A stretch of 64,000 nucleotides of DNA from Chiloscyllium plagiosum (GCF_004010195.1 NC_057728.1:43555989-43619988), one strand, 5' to 3'. Positions 1-13,049 are shown, counted from the first letter of the stretch. Program-made: numbers and translations. The notes: generated by a model not told the origin, from the sequence alone.

Positions 1-1005
1 GACAAGCCAGTTCCATCACCAAGTTGGAATTACTGCATGGTTACTGGCAGGTATCTTTATCAGAGACGGCATAAGAAATTTCTGCATTTGTAACTCCAAA
101 TGTGCTACATCAATTTAAAGTGATGCCCTTTGGAATGAAGAAAGTACCTGCCCCGTTCCAAAGACTCATGTACAGAGTTGTGGCTGGGTTAACAAACTGT
201 GCAGTCTATTTGGATGATGTAGTGATCTTTAGTAAGACCTGGAAAGATCACATGTACAGATGGCCGAGCTCTTTGAATGACTATGAGAAATAAACCTGTG
301 AATAAACTTCAACAAAACTGAATTTGCGAAAACAGAGGTAACATTCTTGGGACATAATATCGGTCATGGACGGTTGACCCCACGGAACGCAAAGAGAAAG
401 GTCATCGAGGAATTTCCATGACCAACCTCGAAGAAAGGTGTTTCGATTCTTGGGAGTAAGCGGATTCTATCAGAAGTTTGTTCCAAACTTCAGCAGTGTA
501 GTGGCACCGTTAACCAATTTGCTGAAGAAGAACACAAAGTTTAGGTGGACAGAACAAAGCCAAGAGGCATTCAACCATTTGAAAGCAATGTTAACCACAG
601 CATCAATTTTAGCTACACCAAGCTTTTCAAAACCTTTTAAAGGTGCCATCGATGCTAGTGACATAGGAGTTGGAGTGTACTGCTACAGGAAGACAATGAT
701 GGGATTGAACTGCCAATTGGTCACTTTTCGAAGAAACTCAACATCCACCAGAGGAAATACTCCATCATCAGAAAAGAACTATTCAATTTGGTACTGGCCT
801 AACAACAGTTTAATGTGCATGCCACAAACAATATGTCAGAGACGGTTGTGTACGCAGATCACAATCCTCTTACATTTTTGGAATGCTTTAAAGACAAGGA
901 TATGAGACTATTTCATTGGAGTCTTATGTTACAGACTTAATTTACATATCGTACATGTTGTGGAACGTAAGAATGTTATGCAGAGGCATTATCGTGGATT
1001 TAACT
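1..1005 (+). pseudogene. Ty3/Gypsy pol remnant (RT + RNase H), frameshifted, 5' part outside the window
   Basis: Translated pieces GYWQV..EISAFVTP, FKVMPFGMKKVPAPFQRLM, AVYLDDVVIFS, FLGVSGFYQKFVPNFS, AIDASDIGVG, DHNPLTFL..RLFHWSLML; stops and frameshifts present. Confidence 0.95.
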
Positions 1006-1126
1006 GATAAAGTATAGAGAAGATTGGTATCTGTTCAATGTTATATATATGTGGTTAAGGAATAGAGAAAAAAAAATGAAGCCATCTTTTCAGTATGATG
1101 CCTCATTTTTTCTTAAGGGGTGGAGA

Positions 1127-1849
1127 TGTTATGAAGGTGTAGAGGTGTACTATACTTTAAGAGAGTTGAAAAGCTAGCAAGGACTGACAAAGCACAGAGT
1201 CCTGAACAAGGTAACAATGTAACACTAGATCGAAACAAATAGCAGCAAATGGTTTGCGATGAAACAAAATCAAATTCAAATTCGGCCAATCAGTTTAAAT
1301 TATGCCCAAAGATACCAACATCCAATCAAATTTGAATTTAGTATTTTGATAATATTAAAACCAATGAAATTATCAATGTTTTGGGGTATAAAATCAGACA
1401 TTTTGAACAGTTAGGGGGAGAACTGCCAAAGACCAACAAATGTAGACTGCTAGCTGAAAGGTACCTGTCTTTTGGGAATTTGTGCAGCAGAACACCAAGG
1501 CCAACCTGGAGAGAATCTACAGAGGAAAATTTACAAAGGTGGATTGGCAAAGCTGACTGGTTTTGAAACATGATTTTTTTTTTGTAAATCTTAATTGGGA
1601 TTTTTTTTAATCAGACCAGTATTTTAGAGTGGGAGGTCAAAGATAGGTTTAAGAAAAAGGAATTGTAAATATTTGTTGGATATAATATTCTCTGTTGGAT
1701 TTAAAGGATAAAGTTGTTAATTTTTACTTGAAATCATGACTTCTAGGATAGTTCTTTGTCTCTCGAATTTTTACAGATTACAACTCGGGGTGATTTTTTT
1801 CTGTGTTGCTGGTTTAAATTAGCAGAGGGATTTACTGCGTGTTATAACA
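1127..1849 (+). mobile_element. 3' LTR of the Gypsy element
   Basis: Preceded by purine tract AAGGGGTGGAGA (PPT); termini TGTTAT...ATAACA; shares blocks (AATTCAAAT..CCAATCAGTTTAAATT, AAACCAATGA) with solo LTR at 43518. Confidence 0.9.
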
Positions 1850-1892
1850 CAAGGCTGGAAATGAACCTAGGCCCCAGGCACTGTGAGGCAAC
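1850..1892 (-). mobile_element. HE1-like SINE 5' fragment flanking the LTR
   Basis: GGCTGGAAATGAACCTAGG..CACTGTGAGGCA matches the reverse complement of the SINE tRNA head. Confidence 0.55.
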
Positions 1893-2469
1893 TTTGATTA
1901 CAGATGATGAGAAAGTGGTTATATATTAAATAAATGTTGTTATTAATAGGCCATACCTGATTTGTTAACATCTGCTGTGACAATATGTTAAACAATTCAT
2001 GGTTTTAATGATGTCCTGTTATTCTTGTAGTAAGCAATTGTGTCAGATTTATCACAAAATATTGCGAAAGTCACTTAGAACATTTCCTCGGGCCAAGTGA
2101 AATTATTTCATACAAATACTATTCTATAGATATAAACATTCTTAGTCGCAAAATAAAAAAATGGGATAATCAATGACAATGCAAAGGGACAAACCAATGT
2201 GCTATAACAACATTTTGAAAATACTATTACTGAGGAAGAAGCTGTTGGGAGAATTGGTGACTCAGTAGTTCAAGACACCAAGATTTCACCTCCAAAAAAC
2301 TGATTATGAATAAATATCACATTTTCAAGTTTAAAATTTCTTCCATCTGCTACCTGTAATGGTGTGAAGTGATACTCAATGCATGCAATCACAGCCCAGT
2401 TTCTAACTAATGTAATTTCAAATCTCAAAAATTGCTGAAATTCAGCATATATTAGTATCAAGGTTCACT

Positions 2470-2552
2470 GCACCCAAAATGTTGACTCCATTTTGTCTCC
2501 ACAGATGCTGCCAGATCTGCTGAGTTTCTCCAGCAATTTCTGTTTTTATTTT
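2470..2552 (+). mobile_element. Penelope-like terminal repeat fragment
   Basis: CTCCACAGATGCTGCCAGATCTGCTGAGTTTCTCCAGCAATTTCTG, same as termini at 14370 and 35550. Confidence 0.7.
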
Positions 2553-2819
2553 AGCATTAGCTTTGTAGTTTATCAAAGAAAATCAGAATGTTTAATGATA
2601 GAGAATATATTGGTTAAAATATAAAGTTAATGCTCTTTTCTGTGACTTTTGAAAAATACAAAATGTATGTCATGCCTGTTTTGGGACCTTTCAAAACAAT
2701 AACTGGGTACAAAAGGTTGCTGTAGAAATTGATAGTAACCTTTTATGTGGAACTTCATCAAATGCTTTTTAAGTGCATTAAATCAAATTTCTAAATGCTG
2801 TTTCCCAATCATTTGTTAG

Positions 2820-4930
2820 GACTTCCCTGTAGTGGAAATTGTAAGTGGAGGTGTTTTGCTGCCTTTGTTCTTCTCGGTGATAGAGATTGTAAGTCCAGAA
2901 AGTGCTGTCAAGGGAACCTTCATGATTTACTGCAGTACACTTTGTAGTTGGTACACACTGATGTCAATTGTATTGATAATGAAAGAAGTGGATGTTGAAG
3001 TGGTGGACAAGGTGCAAATTCAGCAGGGTGCTTTTTCAACCATCTTAAGCGTTTTTATAACTTCAATCATTGAGGCGAGTGCAGTGTATTCCAACACACT
3101 ATTGACTTGTGCCTTGTAGGTATTAGATAGACACTGGAGAGACAAGGGATAAGTTACTTGCTGCAGAATTCCCAGCTCTGACCTGCTTTTCTAGCCACAA
3201 TATTTATATGGTTGGTTCAGTTCAGCTTCTGGTCAATGGTAACCCCCAGATGTTGATAGTGGAGGATTCACCGATGGTAATACCATTAAAAATTAGGGCT
3301 GATAGTTACATTTTCCCTTTTTGGAAATGGTCATTGCCTAGCATTTGTGTGATGCAAACATTACTTATCAGCCCAAGCTTGGTAATTTCCAGGTCTTGCT
3401 GCATTTGGGCACGAATTATTTCAGTATCTCAGGTATTGTAAAAGATGATGACCATTGTGCAATCATCAGCAAACATCCTTACTTCTGACCTTATTAAGGA
3501 GGGAAGGTCATTGATGCAACAACTGAAAGTGGTTGGACCTAGGACCCTATCCTAAGAAACTCTTGCAGAGATTTCCTCCAGTTTTCTAAGGCTCCTTTAT
3601 GCCATACTCAGTTCAAAATTGCCCTGTCATGATGTCAAGGGTAGTCACTCTCATCTCACCTCCAGCGTTTTTTTTTTGTCCATGGTTAGACCAAGGCTGT
3701 AATCAGGCCAGGAGTTAAATGACCCTGAGGAACCCAAACTGAGCATCAGTGATTGGTTATTTCTTTGCAAGTGCTGTTTGATATCACTAACAACAACCTC
3801 TTCAACAACTTTGCTGGTGATTAAGGGAAGACATGATAATTCTGGCTTGAATTTTATGCACAGGGCATATCTGGGCAATTTTTCACATTACTGGGTAGAT
3901 GCCAATATTGTAGCTGACTGGAACAGTTAGATTTCTGGACCACAGAACCCATTACTACTGGAGGAGTATTTCTAGTGTCCATAGCCTTTGTACTATCCAT
4001 TGTCTTCAACTGTTTCTTGATGTCAAACGGAGTGAATCGACTTGATTGATGACTGGCATAATTAATGCTCAAGATCTCAGGAGGAGGTCAACATGGATCA
4101 TCCACTCAGTACTTATGGCGAAAGATGGATGCAAATACTTCAACTCTTTCTTTTGCAATGATGTGCTGGGCTACCCCATCATTGAGAACAGGCAGAGTTG
4201 TCTCGTGTCCATTTTCTATTAGTTGTTAAATTGTCCACCGCAATTCATGACTAGGTGTGGCAGGATTGCAGAGGTTAGATCTGATCTGGTGGTTGTGGAA
4301 TTGCTCAGCCCTGTTTGTTGCATGCTGCTTTTCTGCTGTTTACAATGTAAATGGTCCTGACTTGTACCGTCACCAGCATGACATCTTATTGTTAGGTGTG
4401 CCTGATGCTGTTCCTGGCTTACCCTTATTGTTCATTGAAAAACACACTTTGAATTGAATCAGTATTGATCTCCCAGCTTGACGATAATGTTAGAGTAGGG
4501 TATATACTGGGCCGTGAGGGTGCATTTTGTGGTTGAATACAATTGTGCAGCTGTTGCTGCTGATGGCCCACTGCATCTCATGGAGGCATAGGTTTTAACT
4601 GCTAGATCTTTTCAAAGTTTGTTCCATTTAGCTATACAACATGATGGAGAGTACACTCGAAGTGAATATGGAATTATGTTTCCATGAGAACTTTGTAGTG
4701 GTCACCCCTATTGGTACCTTCATAGATGGATTTACCTACAAGAGGTAGATTGGTGAGGATGAGGTCAAATAGATTTTTCCCTCTTGGGTCATTCCAACTT
4801 ACAGACCCAGTCAGCTGCTACATTGTAACTACTGGACCAGCTCAGTCAGTAGTATGACTGAGCCACAAATCAATTGGAGATTTCCTTCTTTGACCTCATA
4901 CCATGGGATTTCATGGGGATTTTGAGGACG
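2820..4930 (-). mobile_element. Old CR1-group LINE (family B) ORF2 remnant
   Basis: Reverse complement matches family B copies at 21190-22200 and 27320-28550 (LDI..A, [11 protein letters not shown] RT segments); heavily decayed. Confidence 0.75.
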
Positions 4931-5078
4931 GAGCTGAAAATGTGTTGCTGGAAAAGCGCAGCAGGTCAGGCAGCATCCAGGGAACAGGAGAATCGACGTT
5001 TCGGGCATAAGCCCTTCTTCAGGAAGCCCATTTTCAGCTCTGATCTCCAGCATCTGCAGATCTCACTTTCTCCTCAAA
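4931..5078 (+). mobile_element. Mini Penelope-like element (inverted arm + 3' tip), young subfamily
   Basis: 13-bp TSD GATTTTGAGGACG at 4918-4930 and 5079-5091; arm nearly identical to copies at 9006, 26549, 28866, 43172. Confidence 0.9.
4995..5022 (-). ncRNA. Minimal hammerhead ribozyme motif
   Basis: Reverse complement reads CTGAAGA-A-GGGC-TTAT-GCCC-GAAA-C-GTC. Confidence 0.7.
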
Positions 5079-5119
5079 GATTTTGAGGACGTCCAAGCAT
5101 GGCAGTCCAACTCTATAGT

Positions 5120-5436
5120 TAAAATGTGTGGTGCTGGGAAAACACAGCAGGCCAGGCAGCATCCGAGTTAAACCCCATCTACCAGCCCCTGAGAAAAGGA
5201 ACAGGAAGTGAGTTCACCACAGGAAATAGCATCACCACAGGAAATGACATCACCAACCCAAAGAAACCCAAACATATAAATAGAAAGCAGGAATTTTCAG
5301 CATTGCTTCACCTGAGGCCCACTGAAGATGTTACCTAGTAGGGTAACGAAATGTCTGGAAATGAACCTTGCAGCTCAGCGAGCAACCCTACATCCAAAAC
5401 CTCATCCTGAGCTACAAATCTTCTCAAAACTCACTA
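5120..5436 (+). mobile_element. Penelope-like 3' end (family 2), preceded by a short inverted family-1 piece
   Basis: 5170-5400 aligns with 56880-57088, which lies directly downstream of a GIY-YIG ORF. Confidence 0.8.
5319..5358 (+). ncRNA. Minimal hammerhead ribozyme motif (family 2)
   Basis: CCA-CTGAAGA-T-GTTACC-TAGTAG-GGTAAC-GAAA-T-GTC-TGG: core, 6-bp stem II, CCA/TGG stem I. Confidence 0.72.
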
Positions 5437-5439
5437 ATT

Positions 5440-6010
5440 CCATCTCATTGATCAAAATTAGGTTTAGTATAGCCTGCTTTGATTGGTGCTATAACATGCT
5501 GTTAAAAAAAACTGTCCTGAAAACATTCAATGAATGCTTCATCTAGACTACTTTCTCCCTATCTAATTCTTCCAGTCTATATGTAGATTAAATATCTCTC
5601 ATGATAATTGCTGCACCCTTTTGAGAAGTTGTCATTATTTCTTCACTAATACTATCCTACCATGTGGTTAGTGCTCGGTGGGCTTTACACAACTCCCAAA
5701 AGTAACCTCCTACCGTTATCATTCCTTTATCTCTACCCAGATTGCTGCTATATCCTGGTTTCCTGAATTTAGTTCATATCCCTCTCAATTGTGTTAATAT
5801 TATCTTTAATTAACAGAACCACTATTCTATCCTTGCCTAGCTTGCTAACATCGCTAAGTGTCACATACCCTTCAATATTCAGATCCCAATCTAGGTTGTC
5901 CTGCAGCCACATCTCAGTTATGACCACTAAATCATATTTATCTCAATCTGTACTAGTTCATTTGTTTTGTTTTGAACGATACAAGCATTCAAATTCAGTG
6001 CCTTAAGTTT
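5440..6010 (-). mobile_element. Old CR1 endonuclease-region remnant
   Basis: Reverse strand resembles CR1 EN segments (D.VVITEMWLQ, GVV..PP, IIMRDI). Confidence 0.55.
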
Positions 6011-6263
6011 TGCCCTTTTATTATTTTTGAAACCACTAGTCTTATTTGTTCTTAGATCTGCATTCTTTGTCCCCTCCTGTTTTTATCTGTTTATCGTTAC
6101 CCATAATAATTCTTTCCACTATTGCATTTTCCTCACTTTATTTCACATCAACTTCCCAAATTTGGGGCCTTGCAAAGGACAACATTTCAGGACAGAGATG
6201 AGGAAAATTGTTTTATCTCGCAGAGGGTTCTGCAACTGTAGGACTCTCCTTCAGAAGGCTATG

Positions 6264-6669
6264 GAAAAGAAGGCCCCTTCAAATGCAATAAAGACACAAC
6301 CAACGTCATCCAGACAGACGTCCACCATCTCCATTCTCCGTTCCACTGCTCTAACCACCCCCCCTTCAAATGCAATAAAGACACAAGAACCCCATCCTGT
6401 TCTCCCAATTCCTCCGTCTCTGTCACATCTGCTTGAACGAAGAGACATTCCACTCTTAAGCATCTCAGATGTCCTCCTATTTGGAACAACGTGCTTTTCC
6501 TCCCTCTGTCATCCAAACAACCATCCACTACATCACCTCCATTCCCCATTCCACTGTTCTAAATCAGATTCCCCCACTACCACCACCCTCACCACCACCC
6601 TCCCCCCCCCACCAAATGCAATAAAGACAGAGTTCCACTTGTCCTCACCTATCACCCCACCTGTTCCAC
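6264..6669 (+). mobile_element. Internal Penelope-like fragment with internal reduplication, inserted into a CR1 3' piece
   Basis: TSD TCAGAAGGCTATG (6251-6263, 6670-6682); AAATGCAATAAAGACA three times; ends in NKDRVPLVLTYHP-coding sequence matching the reverse of 26940-27040. Confidence 0.75.
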
Positions 6670-6944
6670 TCAGAAGGCTATGCAGGCAAAGACATTAAAT
6701 ATTTTTAAGACAGAGTGGATAGATTCTTGTCAAGCAGAGAAATCAGAATATCACTGTAGTTGGGAATGTGGAATTTGAAACGCAAACATCAACCCTGAAC
6801 TTGTTGAATTGAGAAGTAGGCTCAAGACACCGAATGGTTTAGTTCTGTTCTATTTCATAATTTTCTGTTCATCTAAAGCAATTCGATACAAACTCAACAT
6901 GCGCAGCCTTCTTCATATAAAAGTCAAAGTAACCTTTTTATCAA

Positions 6945-7276
6945 ATCCCTACAGTGTGGAAGCAGGCCATTTGGCCCAACAAGTCCACACCGACCCTCCA
7001 AAGAGCAACCCACCCAGACCCATTCTCCTACACTCTACATTTACCCTAACTAATGCACCTAACCCACACGACCCTGAACACTCTGGGCAATTTAGCATGG
7101 CCAATTCACCTAATCTGGACATTTGCAGATTGTGGGGAGGAAACCGGAGCACCTGGAGGAAATCTACGCAGACATGGGGAGAATGTGCAAATTCCACACC
7201 GACAATTGCCTGAGGCTGGAATCAAACCTGGGTCCCTAATGCTGTGAGGCAGCAGTGCTAACCACTGAGACACCGT
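6945..7276 (-). mobile_element. HE1-like SINE
   Basis: Reverse complement of tRNA head (A/B boxes), GGTGAATTGGCCATGCTAAATTGCC core and LINE-like tail. Confidence 0.92.
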
Positions 7277-7309
7277 AGTGCCTTTTCTGCACTATTATCT
7301 CCTTTTTAA

Positions 7310-8065
7310 CCAGGGCAGGACTTACACAGTTAGTGGTAAGGGCCCTGGGGAGTGTGTTGAACAGAGAGGCTGAGGGGTGAGGCTATATAATTCCTTCAAA
7401 GTGGCATCACAGGTAGACAGGGTGGTGAAGAAAGCATTTGGCATGCTTGTCTTCATTGTTTACATCAATGAGTACAGGAGTTGTTTTACAGCTGCACAAG
7501 ACATTGGTAAGACCGCATTTGGAATATGGCATACAATTCTGGTCACCATGCTTTAGGAAGGATGTTATTAAACTGGAAAGGGTGCAAAGAAGATCTGCAA
7601 GCATGTTACCCAGATTGGAAGGTTTGAGTTAAACAAAGAGGCTCGAAAGGCTGAGACTTTTTTCCATGGAGCATAGGAGACCGAGGAGTGACCTTACGGA
7701 GGTTTATGAAATCATAAATGCATAGATAAAATGATTATCTAAGGTCTTTTCACCAGGATAGAGGTGTCCAAAACTAGAGGGCATAAGGTTAAGGTGAGAG
7801 GGGAAATATTTAAAAGAACCTGAGGGGCAAATTTTTCACACAGAGGGTGGTGCACATGGGCAATGAGCTGCCAGAGGATATGGTAGAGATGGGTACAATT
7901 ACAACATTTAAAAGATATTTGAATAGGTACATGGATAGGAAAGGTTTAGAGGCATATGGCCAAATGTGGGCAAAAAGGACTAGTTCAGCTTAGGACACCC
8001 TGGTCAGCATGGATGAATTGAGCCAAAGAATCTGTTGTTGTGCTACATGACTCTACTCCATGACT
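7310..8065 (+). mobile_element. CR1/HER1-like LINE 3' fragment
   Basis: LQLHKTLVRPHLEYGIQFWSP..KDVIKLERVQRR; ends ATGACTCTACTCCATGACT. Confidence 0.92.
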
Positions 8066-8886
8066 AAAACTGTACATAGTGTTCAGATGCAGTCCCGCCA
8101 ATACCCCGTGAAACAATAGCAACACTTTCCAGTAGTGCTTCTTATCATTTTTAGAAGAATGATGTTGTGCTACATTATTACATAATGTAGTCATAAGATA
8201 TACCAATTGTGATGTATTCCATTGCCAAATAATGGACTAATAAATAAGCTCAGAGAATACTGAGTCAGGGGAGAAGTGGCAAAATGAATTGCTAGCTTGC
8301 TTTATGGTAGAGAGTAGAGGTGGGAATAAAGGATAGTTATTCAAGAGTGTAAAAGGATGGGAAGCGGTTTTCCACAAAGATCAGTGCTGGAAAATTGCTG
8401 ATCATACTTGACATCAAAACCTGGCTCTTGGAATCAAAGATACAGGGCAGAATCCTCTATTTTTCTCAACTAAATGTAACTTTTGTTGAGTTTCATGGAG
8501 GGTTTCTCCTCTGTGAAGCCTTGAGAGATCTCACATCTTGTTTTACCAAACTCATATCATTGATGAACTACCCTCCCCAATGGCAAACCACTCACTTGAT
8601 TCTCGCCCTATCCTACCATTTCCCCTTCCTGAACAATTGCCACTCACCAGAGATCTGCCAAAAGATCAGTATTGTTGGCAGATGTGCCATTGTTAAAAGA
8701 TCACTGTGTACCTCGACAAATGTTGGTATGGTAACACCCCTACCAGCAAAGTCACAGCACAGCAGCCATAAAGCCAAATTGCTGATGGCATAGCTGTCTT
8801 TCCCTTACACATACAACCCTATTCTCTCACCCTTGGTGATGCTTAATCTCATTGAAACATCATCTCCAAGTCACTGTTTCTCTGTC

Positions 8887-9094
8887 GAGAAAGTGAGGAC
8901 TACAGATGATCAGATTTCACTGGCCAATTCCACCATAAATATCGACATGAGAGTTTATAATGAAAAATTCCATCTTTTTAATGTTCGTAATATTGCAAAT
9001 CTGGGCTGAAGAAGGGCTTATGCCCGAAACGTCGATTCTCCTGTTCCTTGGATGCTGCCTGACCTGCTGCGCTTTTTCAGCAACACATTTTCAG
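8887..9094 (-). mobile_element. Mini Penelope-like element enclosing about 90 bp of unrelated filler
   Basis: 15-bp TSD CACTGTTTCTCTGTC (8872-8886, 9095-9109); tip GAGAAAGTGAGGACT at left, inverted arm at right. Confidence 0.85.
9006..9033 (+). ncRNA. Minimal hammerhead ribozyme motif
   Basis: CTGAAGA-A-GGGC-TTAT-GCCC-GAAA-C-GTC. Confidence 0.7.
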
Positions 9095-10854
9095 CACTGT
9101 TTCTCTGTCCCCAGTGGACTCGCATCTTGTCATTATTCAGTAGGGGAACATCACATACATGCAAGCAATTGGACAACTCCAAATGTGAGCTTTTATTGAC
9201 AGCCAGAAAAAAATAAACAATAGCAAAATGTGTGGAGGCTGCCACACATCCCAGAATGAAAAACAAGTATTGGAATGATTGCCAATAACTATTTTACATC
9301 AATGCACCCAATTCTCAACTACTGAAAACTGATATTAATCAGGTTCTTTGCTGACTGGCTTGTAGCACCAAATGCACCTGAGTTCAGTCATGCACAAAGA
9401 GAGATTTCCTTTCTCCAATATCCTTGCTGCCTTATTTGGAACAATGCTCCCCTTCCTCCAGTCCTTCTTATCCAGTACATCACCTCATTGCCTGCTCCAG
9501 CTCTGGAGAGCACAGCACAGCACATCAGGATGATGTGGTATTCTCTGTCCAGACTATGTTGGAGAGGTCTCTAGATTAGTCAAAACAATGGAACAGCAAC
9601 TTCAGCAGCCATATCATCTGTTATGCCACAGCTCTGCTCAAAGCGTGGATGACATTGTGTGTGCACTCCACATCAATCAGACAGTTGTGCAATGGTGTCA
9701 TGTGTCATGGTTGCAGTGGGAAGCCTTTTATCCTAGTAAGCAGCTTTATAAGGAATCTAAACCCAAAAAGATAGACAAGAGTGCTCCAGGATGTAGGAGT
9801 CATGGCAGCTGTCAAATTAGTGGGCAGACACCTTCAGGAATTAGTAACGGTAATCACAGATTACAGACACATTAATCAATTGAAACCCCTCCGTATTGAC
9901 AAATTCCAGTGTTGAGCTATGATCCTCTCATTGCCACTTGTTTTTAGTTGATGGGACCCTGCACTTGAAGGAAGCTTCCGAATCCTGTCAGGCAGCAGCA
10001 CTGACCTTATCATGGGGAAACAAAATGAACCAATCTGATCTTGCACAGAGCATCAGTTACTGTCCTGATACATTTGTGGGTGCATGACTATGAGATCCCA
10101 CACAGGTCACCTGTCACTCCCTGAAGAACAGTCTTGCAGGTCTTTGGTCCCACTGTAGCATCCGGTACAGTTATGTTGCAGTGTCCTGGGACACACAGAG
10201 CCTGCTTTTACATTGTGCCTCACTCACCTCCAGAAAGTGGAGTCAAGGTGAAAATCCCTGTCATCATGAGGGCCCTGCAGCTGTGACATCCACCTGAGTT
10301 CTGCCTAGTAATTGATTTTAAATTTATGATGCTAGTTGCAAACACAGATTTCTCACTCTCAAATTGATGTGAAGTTCCATCTTGCTACGATAATTCTAAA
10401 TGAGAGCATCTTTTGTTTTGCAGCTAATAACTAATGCTATCTCAATTCACATTACCAGGTCAAAAATAATTTGCTTCCTGATCACTTCCAGACCATCGTA
10501 CTCTAAGAAACTGTCCTACTCTAAGAAATCATCTGCCAATTTGATGTGTCCAATTTATATGTGGATTAAAATCTTCCATAGAAATTGTAGTATCTTTCTT
10601 ACAGGCTATTCTTTCAACTCACAGTGGAGCTACTGACAGCAAGCATTTGAACTCCTGCTATCTGTGACCTCTTTCCTCTGCTGTTTCTTATCTCTACCCA
10701 GATTCGCTACTGTGACCTTCCGAAAGTTCATTTCTCTCTACTGATCTCATTATTTATTAACATAGCTACCCTATGTACTTTCTTCTTTCATCTTGACCTT
10801 CTGGAATGTCAAAGACCCTTGATTACTCAGATACCAGCCTCATTCGCTTTAAGT

Positions 10855-11790
10855 CCATAATAAGACCATAATAAATGGGAACAGCATTAGGCCATTTGGC
10901 TCCGCGAGTCTGCTCTTTCACTCAATAGAATAATGGCTAATTCAACATTCCTCATATCCACTTTCCTGCCTTTTCCCATAATCCTTGATTCACCTACTGA
11001 TCAAGAATCTATCTATCGCAGTTTTAAATTTACACAAGGACTCTTGCCTTCATTGCTCTGTGGCAAGGAGATCAAAAGACTTACAAGCCTCTGAGAGAAG
11101 TTCATTCTCATCTCAGTCTTAAATTGGCACCCTTTATTCTAAGACTATGCCCTCTGATTCTAGACTGTAGGTAGGGGAAATATCTTCTTGGCATTTACTC
11201 TGTGAAGACTATTAAGGATCCTTTTTGTTTTAATTTGATCACTTTTCCTTCTTCTAAATTACAGTGAGTAGAATCCCAACGTATTTAACTTTTGCTCATA
11301 AGACAATCCCTCCATACCGCAAATCATCCTAGTGAATGTTTTCTGAACAATATATTTCCTTAAATGAGGGGACCAAAACTATGCACAGTGCTCCAAATGT
11401 AGTCTCACTAGCACTTTGTACAGATGCAGTAAGACTTCTCTACTCTCATACTCCAATCCCCTTGAAATAAGAGTCAACGTTGCATTAGCCTTGCTGATTA
11501 ACTGAAGCACTGTGTGCTCGCTTTCTATGTTTCATGCACAATTATCCCCAAGTCCCTTTGTGTTGCAGCTTTCTCCACATAAATAAATTTGCTCTGTAAA
11601 CTGTTTGTATCCCCCTTGTAATTTGCCTTTCCACCTATTTTTGTATTCTCTGCAATTTTGAATATGGTACATTCACTTCCTTCCTCCATTGATATGTATT
11701 GTAAACAGTTGCAGCCCCAGCACTGATCCCTGTAGAACCCCGACTTGGAAAAGAACACTTTATCCCTACTCATCCCACTAATCTTGATTC
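10855..11790 (-). mobile_element. CR1 LINE 3' fragment
   Basis: Reverse strand: KIAENTKIGG, QRDLGIIVH and LEHC..FWSP-like segments; CATAA-type tail at left. Confidence 0.85.
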
Positions 11791-13049
11791 TCAAATGATG
11801 ATCATATCGGCCCTATTGATATTTATTTGTTTTGTTAATTAATCCAACTTGTTACAAATGTTGGATGCATTTCTATAAAGAGCCTTTAATTTAGTCTTTT
11901 TACCATTTTTCCCTACTCTGTCCTTTTATGCTGGCATGCATATTTGTATGCTTTCCCCTTCCTTTTGTTTTCCAAAATATAATTTCCTGTATTCTTACCT
12001 TGAAACTTACCTTGTCCTTTCTCTTTAACTATCCATAATTTAATCCCTCCCTTACCCTCCCTTAGTTTGAAGCTGTTCTATTAACATGAATTGCCTGTAA
12101 ATGTAAATATATTTTGTGCTGCATTCATCAACCTGCACACTATTATACTTATCCAGGAAAGTAAACCTTCTACACAATGTCCAATGTTGCTTCATGTAAT
12201 TTGATTATGGTTCAGTTAGCAGAGCTACAGTCCATTTGCTGACTAAATTGTGAGTAGATTAAAAATACTTTGTTTTTCTTTTGAATCTTGTTAAAGATCA
12301 ATCATTCAAAACTCATATAAAGATGCAGAATGAAAATTTATCATTAAGATTTTTTACATTTTTGTCTTCTGAGAAAAATGAAAGTTTTTAATATTTGTCA
12401 GTCTCCCATAGTATTATATATAAGACATTTGACCAAAAACAATATTCAGAACAATGAGGATGAGAAGATTTGAAAACCAGATTGAAGCAGTTGATAAGAC
12501 AATGGTGTAATTATTGCTGTTTTCCTTTCTGTATACAGGAAATGCATTTTTTTTAGTAGATCCACCAAAGGGAATATTCTGAATTTGTATGTTCTATGAG
12601 TAGCATGTCTTCTGCATTTCAAGACTGTCCTCTATGGCATGCCTCTTGTACTAAAAATGCTTAGCAACTGCTGGTGCACTCATGCTGTGTGCCGGAAAAC
12701 TCCTACACATTATTTGCTCGTCATTGCTATGGTGATACTTAAACATTTTGTTTCTCATTCAGCTGATTGATTTCTGATCTCAATTAGATTTCTGAACATA
12801 CTGTTCATTCATATGCTCTACATCGTATACCCTAACTCTACATTTGTCATTTTGAATGCATCATGTTTTGACTTTAATTTAAAGCAATCAAATACTGCTA
12901 ATTACTTCTGAATAATTTTCCAGAAAACCCATCTTCAGATGTTATCAGTTCTCATAGCAAAGCCAGAAACTGATTACTTAATTTCTTATTAGTTCCTTAA
13001 TTGTGCAAATCTAATTTTCAGCATGAATCCTAAATCATTTTTGTTGACA

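Noticed and set aside
6027..6698. 223-aa Pro/Thr-rich ORF
   Set aside because: It runs across CR1 and Penelope fragments in a non-native frame; low-complexity chance ORF
8400..10330. Possible PIF/Harbinger fossil
   Set aside because: Only vague resemblance; I could not read catalytic motifs or TIRs with confidence
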